Shown here: positions 38,531 to 48,290 of the stretch, one piece after another | Position numbering within the stretch: the stretch's first letter is position 1 | How the letters are laid out: each line of letters opens with the position of its first letter | Source of the DNA: Candidatus Nanoarchaeia archaeon | Lineage (GTDB): Archaea > Nanobdellota > Nanobdellia > SCGC-AAA011-G17 > JAFCDX01 | Length of the DNA: 64,000 nucleotides | Direction of reading: 5' to 3' | Assembly: GCA_041651575.1 (NCBI GenBank) | Contig: JBAZJB010000001.1 | Span: 266,609 to 330,608, forward strand | Notes under the pieces: generated by a model | What the model saw: only the letters and a program-made list of their open reading frames with translations | The model's database searches: none | Told to the model about the DNA's origin: nothing | Translations under genes and position numbers: made by a program

Positions 38531-38839
38531 ATGGAAAAAGCGAGAATAAACATATCAAGTTCAGATATCAACAAAATAAATGAATTATGTAATTCTATTA
38601 AAGATATTGCTGAAAAAACTGGAACAAAAATCAGAGGACCTATACCTTTACCAATGAAAAAATTAAAAATGACTACAAGAAAAAGTCCTTGTGGAAATGG
38701 AAAAGCTTCCTTTGATAACTTTGAAATGAGAATTCATAAAAGATTAATTGATCTTGGCGTAGATGAAAGAGCACTAAGATTAATTATGAGAGTAAAAATA
38801 CCAGAAGATGTTCAAATTGCAATTGAGATGTTAGAATGA
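38531..38839 (+). CDS. rps10: 30S ribosomal protein S10 (uS10). Start placed at the internal Met downstream of the TATA box; the ORF-track start 38477 is probably too far upstream.
   Basis: KIRGPIPLPMKKLKMTTRKSPCGNGKASFDNFEMRIHKRLIDL matches the uS10 core; TATA tctttataaat about 25 bp upstream of 38531. Confidence 0.75.
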   Translation: MEKARINISSSDINKINELCNSIKDIAEKTGTKIRGPIPLPMKKLKMTTRKSPCGNGKASFDNFEMRIHKRLIDLGVDERALRLIMRVKIPEDVQIAIEMLE

Positions 38840-38940
38840 AAAGAAGTTCAAGACGTTGGAAAAAAAAAGGGCAAATGCGTTGGAAGTGGCAACGTAAAAA
38901 AATAAAGAGAAAAAAGAGAAGATTAAGAGCACTTAAATAA
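38836..38940 (+). CDS. 34-aa ultra-basic micropeptide, eL41-like ribosomal protein candidate, translationally coupled to rps10 (ATGA overlap)
   Basis: MKRSSRRWKKKGQMRWKWQRKKIKRKKRRLRALK read codon by codon; resembles eL41 (KWRKKRMRRLKRKRRK). Confidence 0.35.
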   Translation: MKRSSRRWKKKGQMRWKWQRKKIKRKKRRLRALK

Positions 38941-38972
38941 ATAATTTCTCGAATATATTTTTTAAAATTTAA

Positions 38973-38990
38973 CGAAAGGTTTATATATAT
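38973..38990 (+). promoter_or_regulatory. rRNA operon promoter: BRE cgaaagg plus TATA tttatatat
   Basis: About 170 nt upstream of the 16S 5' end, before the processing-stem strand at 39091..39117. Confidence 0.5.
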
Positions 38991-39160
38991 CTTTTTAAAT
39001 TAAAATTCTCTATTAATGAAGAAAATATTACATTTTCTGAGATTTTAGTTCCGTTTAAGGAACATCATGAGTACTTAAATGAACATTTGAGTATGAGGCA
39101 GCAAAATTTAGTGAGACTCTAAATTTATTTAAGTTACAATCTTGTAGCCTTGCATTTTTG

Positions 39161-40628
39161 ATTCCTGTTGATCCTGCAGGAGAATGCTGCTATTGGGATT
39201 CGATTAAGCCATGCAAGTCAGGGGTAGCAATACACCGGCATAAGGCTCAGTAACACGTCGATAATCTAACCTTAAGTCTAGGATAACCTTGGGAAACTGA
39301 GACTAAAACTGGATAAAAGAAAGATACTGGAATGTTTTTTCTTTGAAAGGTAACGCTTAAGGATGAGTTGGCGGCTGATTAGGCTGTTGGTGAAGTAAAG
39401 GCTCACCAAACCAAAGATCAGTAGGGGCCCTGAGAGGGGTAGCCCCGAGAAGGGTACTGAGATACTGACCCTAGCCCTAAGGGGTGCAGCAGGCGCGAAA
39501 ACTTTACAATGCGCGAAAGCGTGATAAGGGAATCCCAAGTGCTTATCCATTGGATAGGCTTTTGCCAAGTGTAAAAAGCTTGGAGAATAAGTGGTGGGCA
39601 AGACTGGTGCCAGCCGCCGCGGTAACACCAGCGTCCACGAGTGGCATTCACTATTATTGGGTCTAAAGCATTCGTAGTTGGTTTGTCAAGTCTTTTGTGA
39701 AATTGTTGGACTTAATTCAACAGCGTGCAAGAGATACTAACAAGCTCGAGACCGGGAGGGGACAAGAGTATTTCAGGGGGAGCGGTAAAATGTTATAATC
39801 CTTGAAAGACTTCCAGTGGCGAAGGCGCTTGTCCAGAACGGTTCTGACAATGAGGAATGAAAGCTAGGGGCGCAAAGCGGATTAGATACCCGCGTAGTCC
39901 TAGCCGTAAACGCTGCGAGCTATGTGTTGCATATTCCTAGAGAATGTGCAGTGCCTAAGTGAAGACGTTAAGCTCGCTACCTGGGAATTACGGTCGCAAG
40001 GCTGAAACTTAAAGGAATAGGCGGGGGCTCACACAAGGAGTGGAGTGTGCGGTTCAATTGGATTCCACCCCGGAAATCTTACCAAGATCGACGGCAGAAT
40101 GAAGGTCAGATTAAAGGTTTTACCTAACAAGCCGAGAGGTATTGCATGGCCGTCGTCAGCTCGTGCCGTAAGGTGTCCAGTTAAGTCTGGCAACGAGCAA
40201 GACCCACATGTATATTTGCTAACATTTCAGTAATGAAGAATGAGCACAATATATGGACTGCCTGTGAAAACAGGAGGAAGGCGTGGGCAACGATAGGTCC
40301 GTATGATCTGAATATCTTGGGCTACACGCGCGCAACAATGGTAGGGACAATGGGTCACAACTCCGAGAGGAGAAGTTAATCCTCAAAACCCTATCTTAGT
40401 CTAGATCGAGCATTGAAACTCATGCTCGTGACAACGGAATTCCTAGTAATCGTTCATCACTATTGAACGGTGAATATGTCCCTGAGCCTTGCACTCACCG
40501 CCCGTCAAACCATTCGAGTAGGGTTCAAATGAGGTCTGTTTTTTAGAATAGAACAAATTTGGATTCAATAAGAAGGGTTAAGTCGTCACAAGGTATCTGT
40601 AGGGGAACCTGCAGATGGATCACCTCCT
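39161..40628 (+). rRNA. rrs: 16S rRNA (archaeal)
   Basis: 5' attcctgttgatcctgcagg; internal gtgccagccgccgcggtaa; 3' ggatcacctcct; flanked by a complementary processing stem (39091..39117 with 40665..40688). Confidence 0.9.
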
Positions 40629-40688
40629 ATATTTTTTTAAAATATAATATAATAAATAATAGAACTCACTAAATGCTTTTGCTCATAC

Positions 40689-40824
40689 TTGATTAACTGG
40701 GCCTGTAGTTCAGCGGTAGAATACCTCCCTTGCACATAAATTTTTGATAAAATTTTATCGAAGAAAGGAGGGGGTCTCGGGTTCGAAATAGTTTTTTCAG
40801 AAATTGAATAACTTTGAAAATCCC
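40689..40824 (+). tRNA. tRNA-Ala(TGC) with two introns: canonical anticodon-loop intron (40725..40755) and a 33-nt T-loop intron (40778..40810, between positions 59 and 60)
   Basis: Exons fold into acceptor GGGCCTG/CGGGTCC, D arm GTTC/GAAT, anticodon arm CCTCC-CTTGCA-GGAGG, T arm TCGGG-TTCGAAT-CCCGA, discriminator A. Confidence 0.65.
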
Positions 40825-40920
40825 GACGGGTCCACATTTAAGTATTTATTTATGAGGATCCATAACATAATTGTTTGGGTTTGATAGTTAATATATCATA
40901 TTAACTGTGCATAGGATTTG

Positions 40921-43806
40921 GAATACACTATTAGGTGGAAGACTAGGTTCAAAGTTCGAAGAAGGACGTGGCAAGCTACGATATGCTCTAGGGAGACGCA
41001 TGCAGTCTTAGAACTAGAGATTTCCTAATTAGATTCTATCTCTTCGGAGAAATCAGAAATGATAGGTTACGCGGAGAATTGAAGCGTCTTAGTATCCGCA
41101 GGAAAAGAAATCAATTCGAGATGCTGTTAGTATCAGCGAGAGAAAACAGCAGAGAGCAAACTGAATCCTACTGGAAACAGCAAGGAAATGTGGTGTTGAA
41201 GACTCATTTTTAGTCTTAACTGAGAATACAAAGTTTTCTGGAAAGAAACACTGTAAAGGGTGATAGTCCCGTAGTATTTAATCAGAAGATGTATGAGTAT
41301 CTTGAGTAAGGTCTATCGGAATTTAGGCCTGAATTTGGGAGACATTTACTTCCAACTCTAAATATTGCTTTGAAACCGATAGCGAATAGTACCGTGAGGG
41401 AACGTTGAAAAGAACTCGTAATAGAGAGTGAAAAGAATCTGAAACCTAATAGTTATAGCATGATGCTGCTCTTAGGAGTTGCATCGTACGTTTCGAATAA
41501 CGGGCCAGGGAGTTTACTTAAGTAGCAAGGTTAATTTGAAAAAAGAAACCGAAGCGAAAGCGAGATCCCGCAGTTCACGAGGGGAAAAGTATGAAAATGC
41601 TTTAAGTTACTTAGGTATGACCCGAAACCGATCGATCTAATCCAGGGCAAGGCGAAGTTTCTGTAAAAGGAAATGGAGGCCTGAAGAGGTTCTGTGAGAA
41701 AGCGTTCTTCTGACTCTGGATTAGGAGTGAAATGCCAATCGAGACCGGTAATAGCTGGTTCCTGTCGAATTTGATCTGAGTCAAGTCTCAACAGAGGAAG
41801 CTTAAATGGTAAAGATCCTGATTTGAGGTTTTGGCTAGGAAACTAGTCGGCCTCTTGTCAAACTAAGAACGTTTAAGTTCTGTAGAAGTTGGGAAACGGG
41901 GTTGTGGGGTAAGCTCGCAATCCAACAGGGGAACAACCCAAGCCAACAGTTAAGGTCCCAAAATATCAATTAAGTGTTAACGGGTGAAAGGTGTATACTA
42001 TCTCAGACAGAAGGGAGGTAGGCTTAGAAGCAGCCATCCTTTAAAGAAAGCGTAATAGCTCACCTTTCAAGATAGTGTGCCCTGAAAATGGACGGGGCTA
42101 AATTGATTACCGATACTGTTGAAATCTGAAAAGATATTGGTAGACAGGCGTTTTTCTTGGATAGAAGTATTTTCGTAAGAAGATATGGACCAAGTAAAAT
42201 TGCGAATCCTGGCGGTAGTACGGAGCAACACAATGTTAGAATCATTGGTATCGTAAGGGTAAGGGTTTCTCAGCAATGCAGTTCAGCTGAGAGTTAGTTG
42301 ATCCTAATCACTACATAATTTGAAGAGTGAAAAAGGGAAAAAGGTTAAAATTCCTTTACTATCTAAGTACATTCGGCAACGAAATTTTAATTTTTGACAC
42401 TTTGGGATAGACCAACATTTTTAATCTGAAATGTCAATCAAAATAAATTGCAGGAGTATCGTAATGATGAGAATGCAATTAAATTTGAGATGAGTGGACA
42501 TTTGTTCATTTGGTTAATTTCTAGAGTCCATGAAAAGGAAATTAAAAGGATCTTAGATAATCATACCCAGAACCAGCACAGGTACCCTAGGTGAGAAACC
42601 TAAGATATGAGGGAAGAATCGAGTTAAGGGAACTCGGCAAATTAGTCCCATGCCTTCGGTATAAGGGATTCCTGCGATTGTATTTGTACGAATGCAATTA
42701 CAGGATGCAATAACAAGGGCGGTCCGACTGTTTAACAAAAACATAGCTTTCCGCTACTCTGTAAAGATTAGTATGGAAGGTGAAGTCTGCCCAGTGCGAG
42801 TATCCGAACATTCCTTCCAAGGAAACTAAGGACTCGTAAACGGCGGGAATAACTATAATTCTCTTAAGGTAGCGTAATACCTTGTCGTTTCAATGACGAC
42901 TTGCATGAATGGCGTAACGAGATTGTCACTGTCCCTAACTCGAATCCCCCGAACACTATATTCAGGTGCAAAGTCCTGAGACCTCCAGTGGGAAGCAAAG
43001 ACCCCGTGAAGCTTCACTATAGTCTGTTATTGTAGTGTGAAATTTTATGTGCAGTGTAGGTGGTAGCTGCTAAGACTCAGACGCTAGTTTGAGTATAGGC
43101 GAAATATGAGACACCACTCTTAAAATTTTATATTGCTAACTTCTGAAAGGAAGGACAGTAGCTGATGGATAGTTTGGCTGGGGCGGCATGCTCTTGAAAC
43201 GGTATCAAGAGCACCCAAAGGTCAGCTCATTTGGTTTAGAAATCCAAAGTAGAGTGTAAATGCAAAAGCTGGCTTAACTGTACTCTGAACAATAAAGGGT
43301 GCAGGAAGGAAACTTTGGTTTAGTGAACCCCTATGCTTCGTTTATGGGAGCTAGGGCTAATAGAAAAGCTACTCCGGGGATAACTGAGTTGTCGCGCCTG
43401 AGAGCTCATATCGACGGCGCGGTTTGCTACGACGATGTCGGCTCGCCTTATCCTGGCTGTGCAGAAGCAGCCAAGGGTGGGGGTGTTCACCCATTAAAAA
43501 GGCTCGTGAGCTGGGTTCAATACGTTGCGAAACAGTATGTTCGATATCTAGTGGAGGTGTTCGTGTCTGAGTGGAAAGATCATTTAGTACGAGAGGAACG
43601 GTGGTCTGGGGCCTCTGGTGTATCTGTTATCTGATAAGGTAGGCAGAGCAGCTACGCCCCTTGGGATAAGAACTGAAAGCATCTAAGTTCGAAGCCCTCC
43701 GCGAAAAGAGACACACATAAAATGCTCATAGAAGATGAGCTTGATAGGATCGAGGTGTAAGCATCAAGGTAACGAGATGTTCAGCCTGCGGTTACTAACA
43801 TTTTTT
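40921..43806 (+). rRNA. rrl: 23S rRNA (ends approximate)
   Basis: gaagaaggacgtggcaagctacgata near the 5' end; conserved 23S blocks throughout (e.g. gacccgaaacc-like, GTPase-centre and sarcin-ricin regions); flanking processing stem 40906..40919 with 43812..43825. Confidence 0.85.
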
Positions 43807-43916
43807 TCCAAAAATCCTATGCACATTTATTTTTTATTTCTATAAATTTTTCCAAATCCTAAATTTTAATTTCTTAAAACATTAAATTTATATATAGCTA
43901 TTGCAGTATACATTAT

Positions 43917-44247
43917 GTAGGTAAGATAGCTAACTATCGCTTGCAAAAGTGAGGAAAGTCCGTCCACTAAACTTTTGATAAAAATCAAAAGATAATATCG
44001 GTTGCTTGTCTTGACACAAGTTCCAGAAATGGAAGGCAACTGCTCAGAAACGGAATGTCCTTTAGCTGTTATAAAAATGTGGCTGTGAAATTTCTCGTGA
44101 GAGAGATGAGTTAACCAGCTGAATAGGTTAAAGGGAACATTGAAACGACAGACCCTATCAGTGCAAGTCTGTAAAGACGCTTAGTAGAATGTTAGCACAA
44201 TCTTTCCAAATGGAGATTGACAAAAGACGGCTTATTTCTTACCTACA
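43917..44247 (+). ncRNA. rnpB: RNase P RNA (archaeal type A-like)
   Basis: P1 stem gtaggtaaga/tcttacctac; CR-I gaggaaagtccg; CR-V acaaaagacggcttat; about 331 nt. Confidence 0.7.
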
Positions 44248-44265
44248 TTTTATTTTTAAAAAAAA

Positions 44266-44643
44266 TTAGGAATCAAAATAAATTGAATAATTTGTTTTTC
44301 CTATTTTTAAATAAATAATTTTCTTTTCAGAAGAAATCTCTCTCTCAAGTCCTATATAATTTGCATTTGGTTCTTTTCCTTCTCTTAGACACATGTCTTC
44401 TAATTTAGAGTTCTTAGCACTATAAAATTTATCTGATCTTATAGCAATATGTAAATCAGATCCGGGTGGGTGAATTTTAATATTTCCAGCAACCCCTGCA
44501 ATAGCATTTCCACTTCCCTTTAGTTCATAATTTTCTAAAAGGGCGTGCACTCCATCTATAAGTTTACTAAACTTTCCAGGGCAGTTATCTCTTGCGATAT
44601 ACATAACTTCTACTTCATCTTTCTTTTCTTGGTTTTCTTCCAT
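44266..44643 (-). CDS. hypothetical protein
   Basis: 125 aa. Confidence 0.3.
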   Translation of the reverse strand: MEENQEKKDEVEVMYIARDNCPGKFSKLIDGVHALLENYELKGSGNAIAGVAGNIKIHPPGSDLHIAIRSDKFYSAKNSKLEDMCLREGKEPNANYIGLEREISSEKKIIYLKIGKTNYSIYFDS

Positions 44644-44796
44644 TTTTTATCTCCTCTCTTTTTTATTTAAGGACAGTAGAGAAACTGTCTCATTTATTTT
44701 GTTATTATTTTATAGTAGTATTATATATATTAAAGTTCTTATTAGATTTTGACCGAAAAACGTTAAATTTAAATAGAATAAACAATTAAAGGTTAT

Positions 44797-45771
44797 ATGG
44801 AAACTACAAAGCTAGATTTAATAGATAAAAAGATTTTAACAGAATTAGATAAAAATTGCAGAATTCCTAACTCAATATTAGCTAAAAAAGTAGGAAGATC
44901 AAGAGAAGCAGTAAAATATAGAATAGAACAATTAGTAGAGAAAGGGATAATTACTAATTTCATTACTTCAATAAACCCTAATAAAATGGGTTATTATATG
45001 TTTAAAGTTTATTTACAATTAGAAAACATTCCTGAAGAAAGAGAAAAATTCTATGAATACCTTAAAACTCAAAAAAGTGTTTATTGGATGGGAATTTCTG
45101 ATGGAGCATTTGATTGTGTTTTCGCTATTCTAGCAAAAGATATTGTAGAATATTATAAACTGATAAATAAAATTTTACATCAATTTAAGGAATTAATTGT
45201 TAGAAAAGTTCTAGGAACTATGGTTGATACTCATCAATATAATAAAAAGTTCTTTATTAACGATAAAAACGGAAATTATGTTATATTTGGTGGAGAAAAA
45301 GTAGATAATAAATTAGACAGCGTAGATAAAAAATTATTAGATATATTGGCTAATGATGCAAGAATACCTATAACAGAATTAGCAAAAAAAGCAGAATCTA
45401 CTGTTGAAATTATAAGAAGAAAAATAAAAAATCTTGAAGAAAAAGGGATAATCTTGGGGTATAGAATATCTATAGATTTAAATAAATTAGGTTATGAATT
45501 TTTTAAAGCAATTATTTACTTCAAATCATTATCTTCCGAAAACGAAAAAGCACTTTTTGAATGGATGAGAACAAATCCCAGCTCTGTTTATTATATTAGA
45601 AGTTTAACTAGTTGGGAAGCAGAATTTGAATTTGTCGTAGAAAATTATCTGCAATTTAATAGCATAATAAATAATCTTAGAAAAACTTTTCCAACAGTAA
45701 TAAGCCATTGTGAACATTTAATAATGATATATGAAGTATGGATGCCTGCATACAAAGAACTATTCAAATAG
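44797..45771 (+). CDS. tandem-duplicated Lrp/AsnC-family transcriptional regulator (two HTH+RAM units)
   Basis: 324 aa; unit 1 LIDKKILTELDKNCRIPNSILAKKVGRSREAVKYRIEQLVEKGIIT; unit 2 VDKKLLDILANDARIPITELAKKAES...LEEKGII. Confidence 0.55.
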   Translation: METTKLDLIDKKILTELDKNCRIPNSILAKKVGRSREAVKYRIEQLVEKGIITNFITSINPNKMGYYMFKVYLQLENIPEEREKFYEYLKTQKSVYWMGISDGAFDCVFAILAKDIVEYYKLINKILHQFKELIVRKVLGTMVDTHQYNKKFFINDKNGNYVIFGGEKVDNKLDSVDKKLLDILANDARIPITELAKKAESTVEIIRRKIKNLEEKGIILGYRISIDLNKLGYEFFKAIIYFKSLSSENEKALFEWMRTNPSSVYYIRSLTSWEAEFEFVVENYLQFNSIINNLRKTFPTVISHCEHLIMIYEVWMPAYKELFK

Positions 45772-45812
45772 TTAACCAAAACCTTTTTATATACTTTAAT
45801 TTTAAGAAATTC

Positions 45813-45977
45813 ATGGCAGATGATAAAATACAACTACCAAGTTCTGGTGGAGGATTAGTAAGATATTTTGATGAATATAAAAGTAGATTATCTATCCCCC
45901 CTGTATATATAATTGCCTTTATAATATTAATAATAATTCTTGAAATTTGGTTACATAAAAGTAAGGTGTTTGGATAA
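45813..45977 (+). CDS. secG: preprotein translocase Sec61beta subunit (start at internal Met of ORF 45738)
   Basis: MADDKIQLPSSGGGLVRYFDE... plus C-terminal TM; archaeal Sec61beta signature SSG(A/G)GL(I/V)RYFDE. Confidence 0.6.
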   Translation: MADDKIQLPSSGGGLVRYFDEYKSRLSIPPVYIIAFIILIIILEIWLHKSKVFG

Positions 45978-45979
45978 AA

Positions 45980-46303
45980 ATGTTTGACGCAATGGATCCA
46001 AGATTAGTAAAAGCTGCAATGAAAAAGTTAGGTATTAAACAAGAAGAAGTTGCTGCAAACAAAGTTATAATAGAAAAACAGGATAATTCTAAAATAATAA
46101 TAAATAATCCTCAAGTTACAAAAGTAGATATGCAAGGAAATGTTTCTTTTCAAATTTCTGGAAATATTTCTGAAGAAGAATTCGATGAAAGTGATTTAGA
46201 TATGATAATTGAGCAAACAAAAGTCTCTAAATCTAAAGCTCTTGAAACGCTAAAAAAGAATAATGGGGACATAGCAAAAACGATCCTAGATCTAAAGAAA
46301 TAA
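45980..46303 (+). CDS. nac: nascent polypeptide-associated complex alpha subunit
   Basis: 107 aa; NAC domain (IINNPQVTKVDMQGNVSFQISG) plus C-terminal UBA-like SKSKALETLKKNNGDIAKTILDL. Confidence 0.75.
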   Translation: MFDAMDPRLVKAAMKKLGIKQEEVAANKVIIEKQDNSKIIINNPQVTKVDMQGNVSFQISGNISEEEFDESDLDMIIEQTKVSKSKALETLKKNNGDIAKTILDLKK

Positions 46304-46331
46304 GCCTTTATAACCCAAAACCTATATAAAT

Positions 46332-46847
46332 TTGTTCTACCTTCTAAATAGTATGGAAGATTACTATAAACACTTGGCTCTGGCAAAACAAACCTTAATG
46401 AGGGCAGACCACATGACTTATATGACATATCCTCTAGTTAAAGATCTAAAAATGTTTACTTATATTTTAGAAAATATTTACTCTTCAATTTTAAATACAA
46501 TGGAAGCAGTTTTACAATATGATAGATTATACAAAAGAATTTCTCCTTTACCAGAAAATTTTGATTCAAGATTTCAAATATTTAAAAGTAAATCATCTAA
46601 ATTTCATAATTTATCTATAGAGCATATGGAATTCATTCAAGAATTAAAAATGATGGTAGAATCTCATAAACAAAGTAATATGGAATTCATAAGACAAGAT
46701 AAATTAATAATTTGTTCACCTACTTTTAAAACAAAAACTTTAAATGTAGATGTGATTAAAAGTTATTTAGTTAAAACAAGAAAATTTTTAATAGAAGTCG
46801 AGTCTATGCTAAAAAAAGAGGAGTATCTTGTAAAAAGAGAAGATTAA
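46332..46847 (+). CDS. hypothetical protein, paralog of the next ORF
   Basis: 171 aa; shares L..AK..L.RADH..Y.T with ORF 46855. Confidence 0.3.
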   Translation: MFYLLNSMEDYYKHLALAKQTLMRADHMTYMTYPLVKDLKMFTYILENIYSSILNTMEAVLQYDRLYKRISPLPENFDSRFQIFKSKSSKFHNLSIEHMEFIQELKMMVESHKQSNMEFIRQDKLIICSPTFKTKTLNVDVIKSYLVKTRKFLIEVESMLKKEEYLVKRED

Positions 46848-46854
46848 TTCTAAA

Positions 46855-47295
46855 ATGAAAAATACTTTAGAAGAAGCAAAGGAAGAATTGAAACGAGCAG
46901 ATCACTCTATTTATATTACTTTAAAATATGTGAGAACTTGTGATATTATTCTTAATACTATTAAAAGATTGATAAATGCTTTTGATTTGGGTATATTAGC
47001 TTTATTAAAAAAACTACATGAAAATAAAAAAATAAAACAAATACCAATTTCTGTTGTAGAAAGGTCGGACCTAATAGAAAAAATGTTGCCAAAAACAAAA
47101 CCTTTTTTAAAATATTATAAAACTTTTAAAAAATTAACAAAATGTGAATATTCCACCAAAGAAGAATTTAGAAAGCATATTACGCTGATTAGCAAAGATA
47201 AAAAACCAATAGAAGTAAACGTAGATACTCTAATTGAATATTTTGAAAAAACCATAGAATTTATAAGGTTCGTAGAACAAAAAATTAATGAGTAA
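46855..47295 (+). CDS. hypothetical protein, paralog of the previous ORF; overlaps the minD-like start
   Basis: 146 aa. Confidence 0.3.
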   Translation: MKNTLEEAKEELKRADHSIYITLKYVRTCDIILNTIKRLINAFDLGILALLKKLHENKKIKQIPISVVERSDLIEKMLPKTKPFLKYYKTFKKLTKCEYSTKEEFRKHITLISKDKKPIEVNVDTLIEYFEKTIEFIRFVEQKINE

Positions 47296-48076
47296 AATGA
47301 CACACCATATAGCAATTTGCTCAGGCAAAGGAGGAACAGGAAAAACAAGCACTGCTATTAATTTAGCTGCTGCATTTAAACATTTTGATAAAGATACTAC
47401 AATTATTGATGCTTCTTTAACAACTCCCAATTTAGGTGTTTACATGGGATTTCCTAAAACTTCTATAAGTATACATGATGTATTGAAAGGAAAAAACCAT
47501 GCAACAGAAGCAGTATATGTTCATCCTTCTGGATTAAAATTATTATTAGGGAGTATTAATGTAAAAGAATTAGTTAATTTATATCCTGAACATTTAAAAC
47601 AAGCTATTAAAGATTTGAAAGGTACTTCTGAATTAATTATTATAGATAATGCAGCAGGAATTGGTCGTGAAGTAATTGCTGGAATGAAAAATTCTGATGA
47701 AATATTAATTGTTACAAATCCAGATTTAGTTTCTGTTACAGATGCTTTGAGAACAATAAAAATTGCTGAAAGTCTTGGAAAACCAATAAGAGGAATTGTT
47801 GTTACAAAAGTAAAAAATACCAGTCATGAATTAAGTATTAAAAATATAGAAGAACTTCTTGAAAAAGATGTTATTTCAATTGTACCTTATGATGATTTAA
47901 TTAAAAGTTCTATAACTCATAAAGATGCTCTTGTTAATTTACATCCAAATTCTAAAGCGTCTTTAGCTTACAAGGAATTAGCTGCTAAAATTCTAGGAAT
48001 GCCTTACAAAGAAGAAAAACTTGTAAAAGAACATAAATTATCAAGAATGTTTAGGTTCTTTGGCATTAGAAAGTAG
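47288..48076 (+). CDS. minD: MinD/ParA-family P-loop ATPase
   Basis: 262 aa; deviant Walker A ICSGKGGTGKTSTAINLA; Walker B IIIDNAAG. Confidence 0.7.
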   Translation: MSKMTHHIAICSGKGGTGKTSTAINLAAAFKHFDKDTTIIDASLTTPNLGVYMGFPKTSISIHDVLKGKNHATEAVYVHPSGLKLLLGSINVKELVNLYPEHLKQAIKDLKGTSELIIIDNAAGIGREVIAGMKNSDEILIVTNPDLVSVTDALRTIKIAESLGKPIRGIVVTKVKNTSHELSIKNIEELLEKDVISIVPYDDLIKSSITHKDALVNLHPNSKASLAYKELAAKILGMPYKEEKLVKEHKLSRMFRFFGIRK

Positions 48077-48195
48077 AAATATTTATATACTAGAGTATAT
48101 ACTTCTTTATTATCGAGCCATGAAAAGTGATTTGATTCATCCAGGTTGTTGAAAGAGAAGATTTATTTAGTTCTTATTATATTGAAATTTTAGAT

Positions 48196-48268
48196 GACCG
48201 ATGTAGTATAACGGTTATTATATGCGGCTGTGGCCCGCATGAAGAGGGTTCAACTCCCTCCTTCGGTC
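48196..48268 (+). tRNA. tRNA-His(GTG) with encoded G-1, directly upstream of hisS
   Basis: Anticodon arm TGCGG-CTGTGGC-CCGCA; T arm GAGGG-TTCAACT-CCCTC; G-1/C73 pair; one acceptor mismatch and a weak D stem. Confidence 0.55.
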
Positions 48269-48290
48269 CTTTTACCTCAGAGGTGAAAAA

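Noticed and set aside
42300-42540. Very AT-rich ~240-nt stretch inside the 23S that looked like a possible intron or insertion
   Set aside because: It aligns with the normal variable region of domain III (GGTTAAAATTCCTTTACT matches E. coli GGTTAATATTCCTGTACT); total 23S length (~2.9 kb) is normal.
39278-43634. Short ORFs on both strands within the 16S and 23S rRNA (39278..39666, 40045..40233, 41531..41791, 42060..42744, 43299..43634)
   Set aside because: They lie inside rRNA genes identified by universally conserved rRNA sequence blocks.
43826-43916. 5S rRNA expected downstream of the 23S
   Set aside because: The spacer is AT-rich without 5S conserved helices; RNase P RNA occupies the downstream position instead.
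47115-47430. Minus-strand ORFs overlapping the 46855/minD junction
   Set aside because: Antisense to two coupled plus-strand genes, one with a clear Walker A motif.
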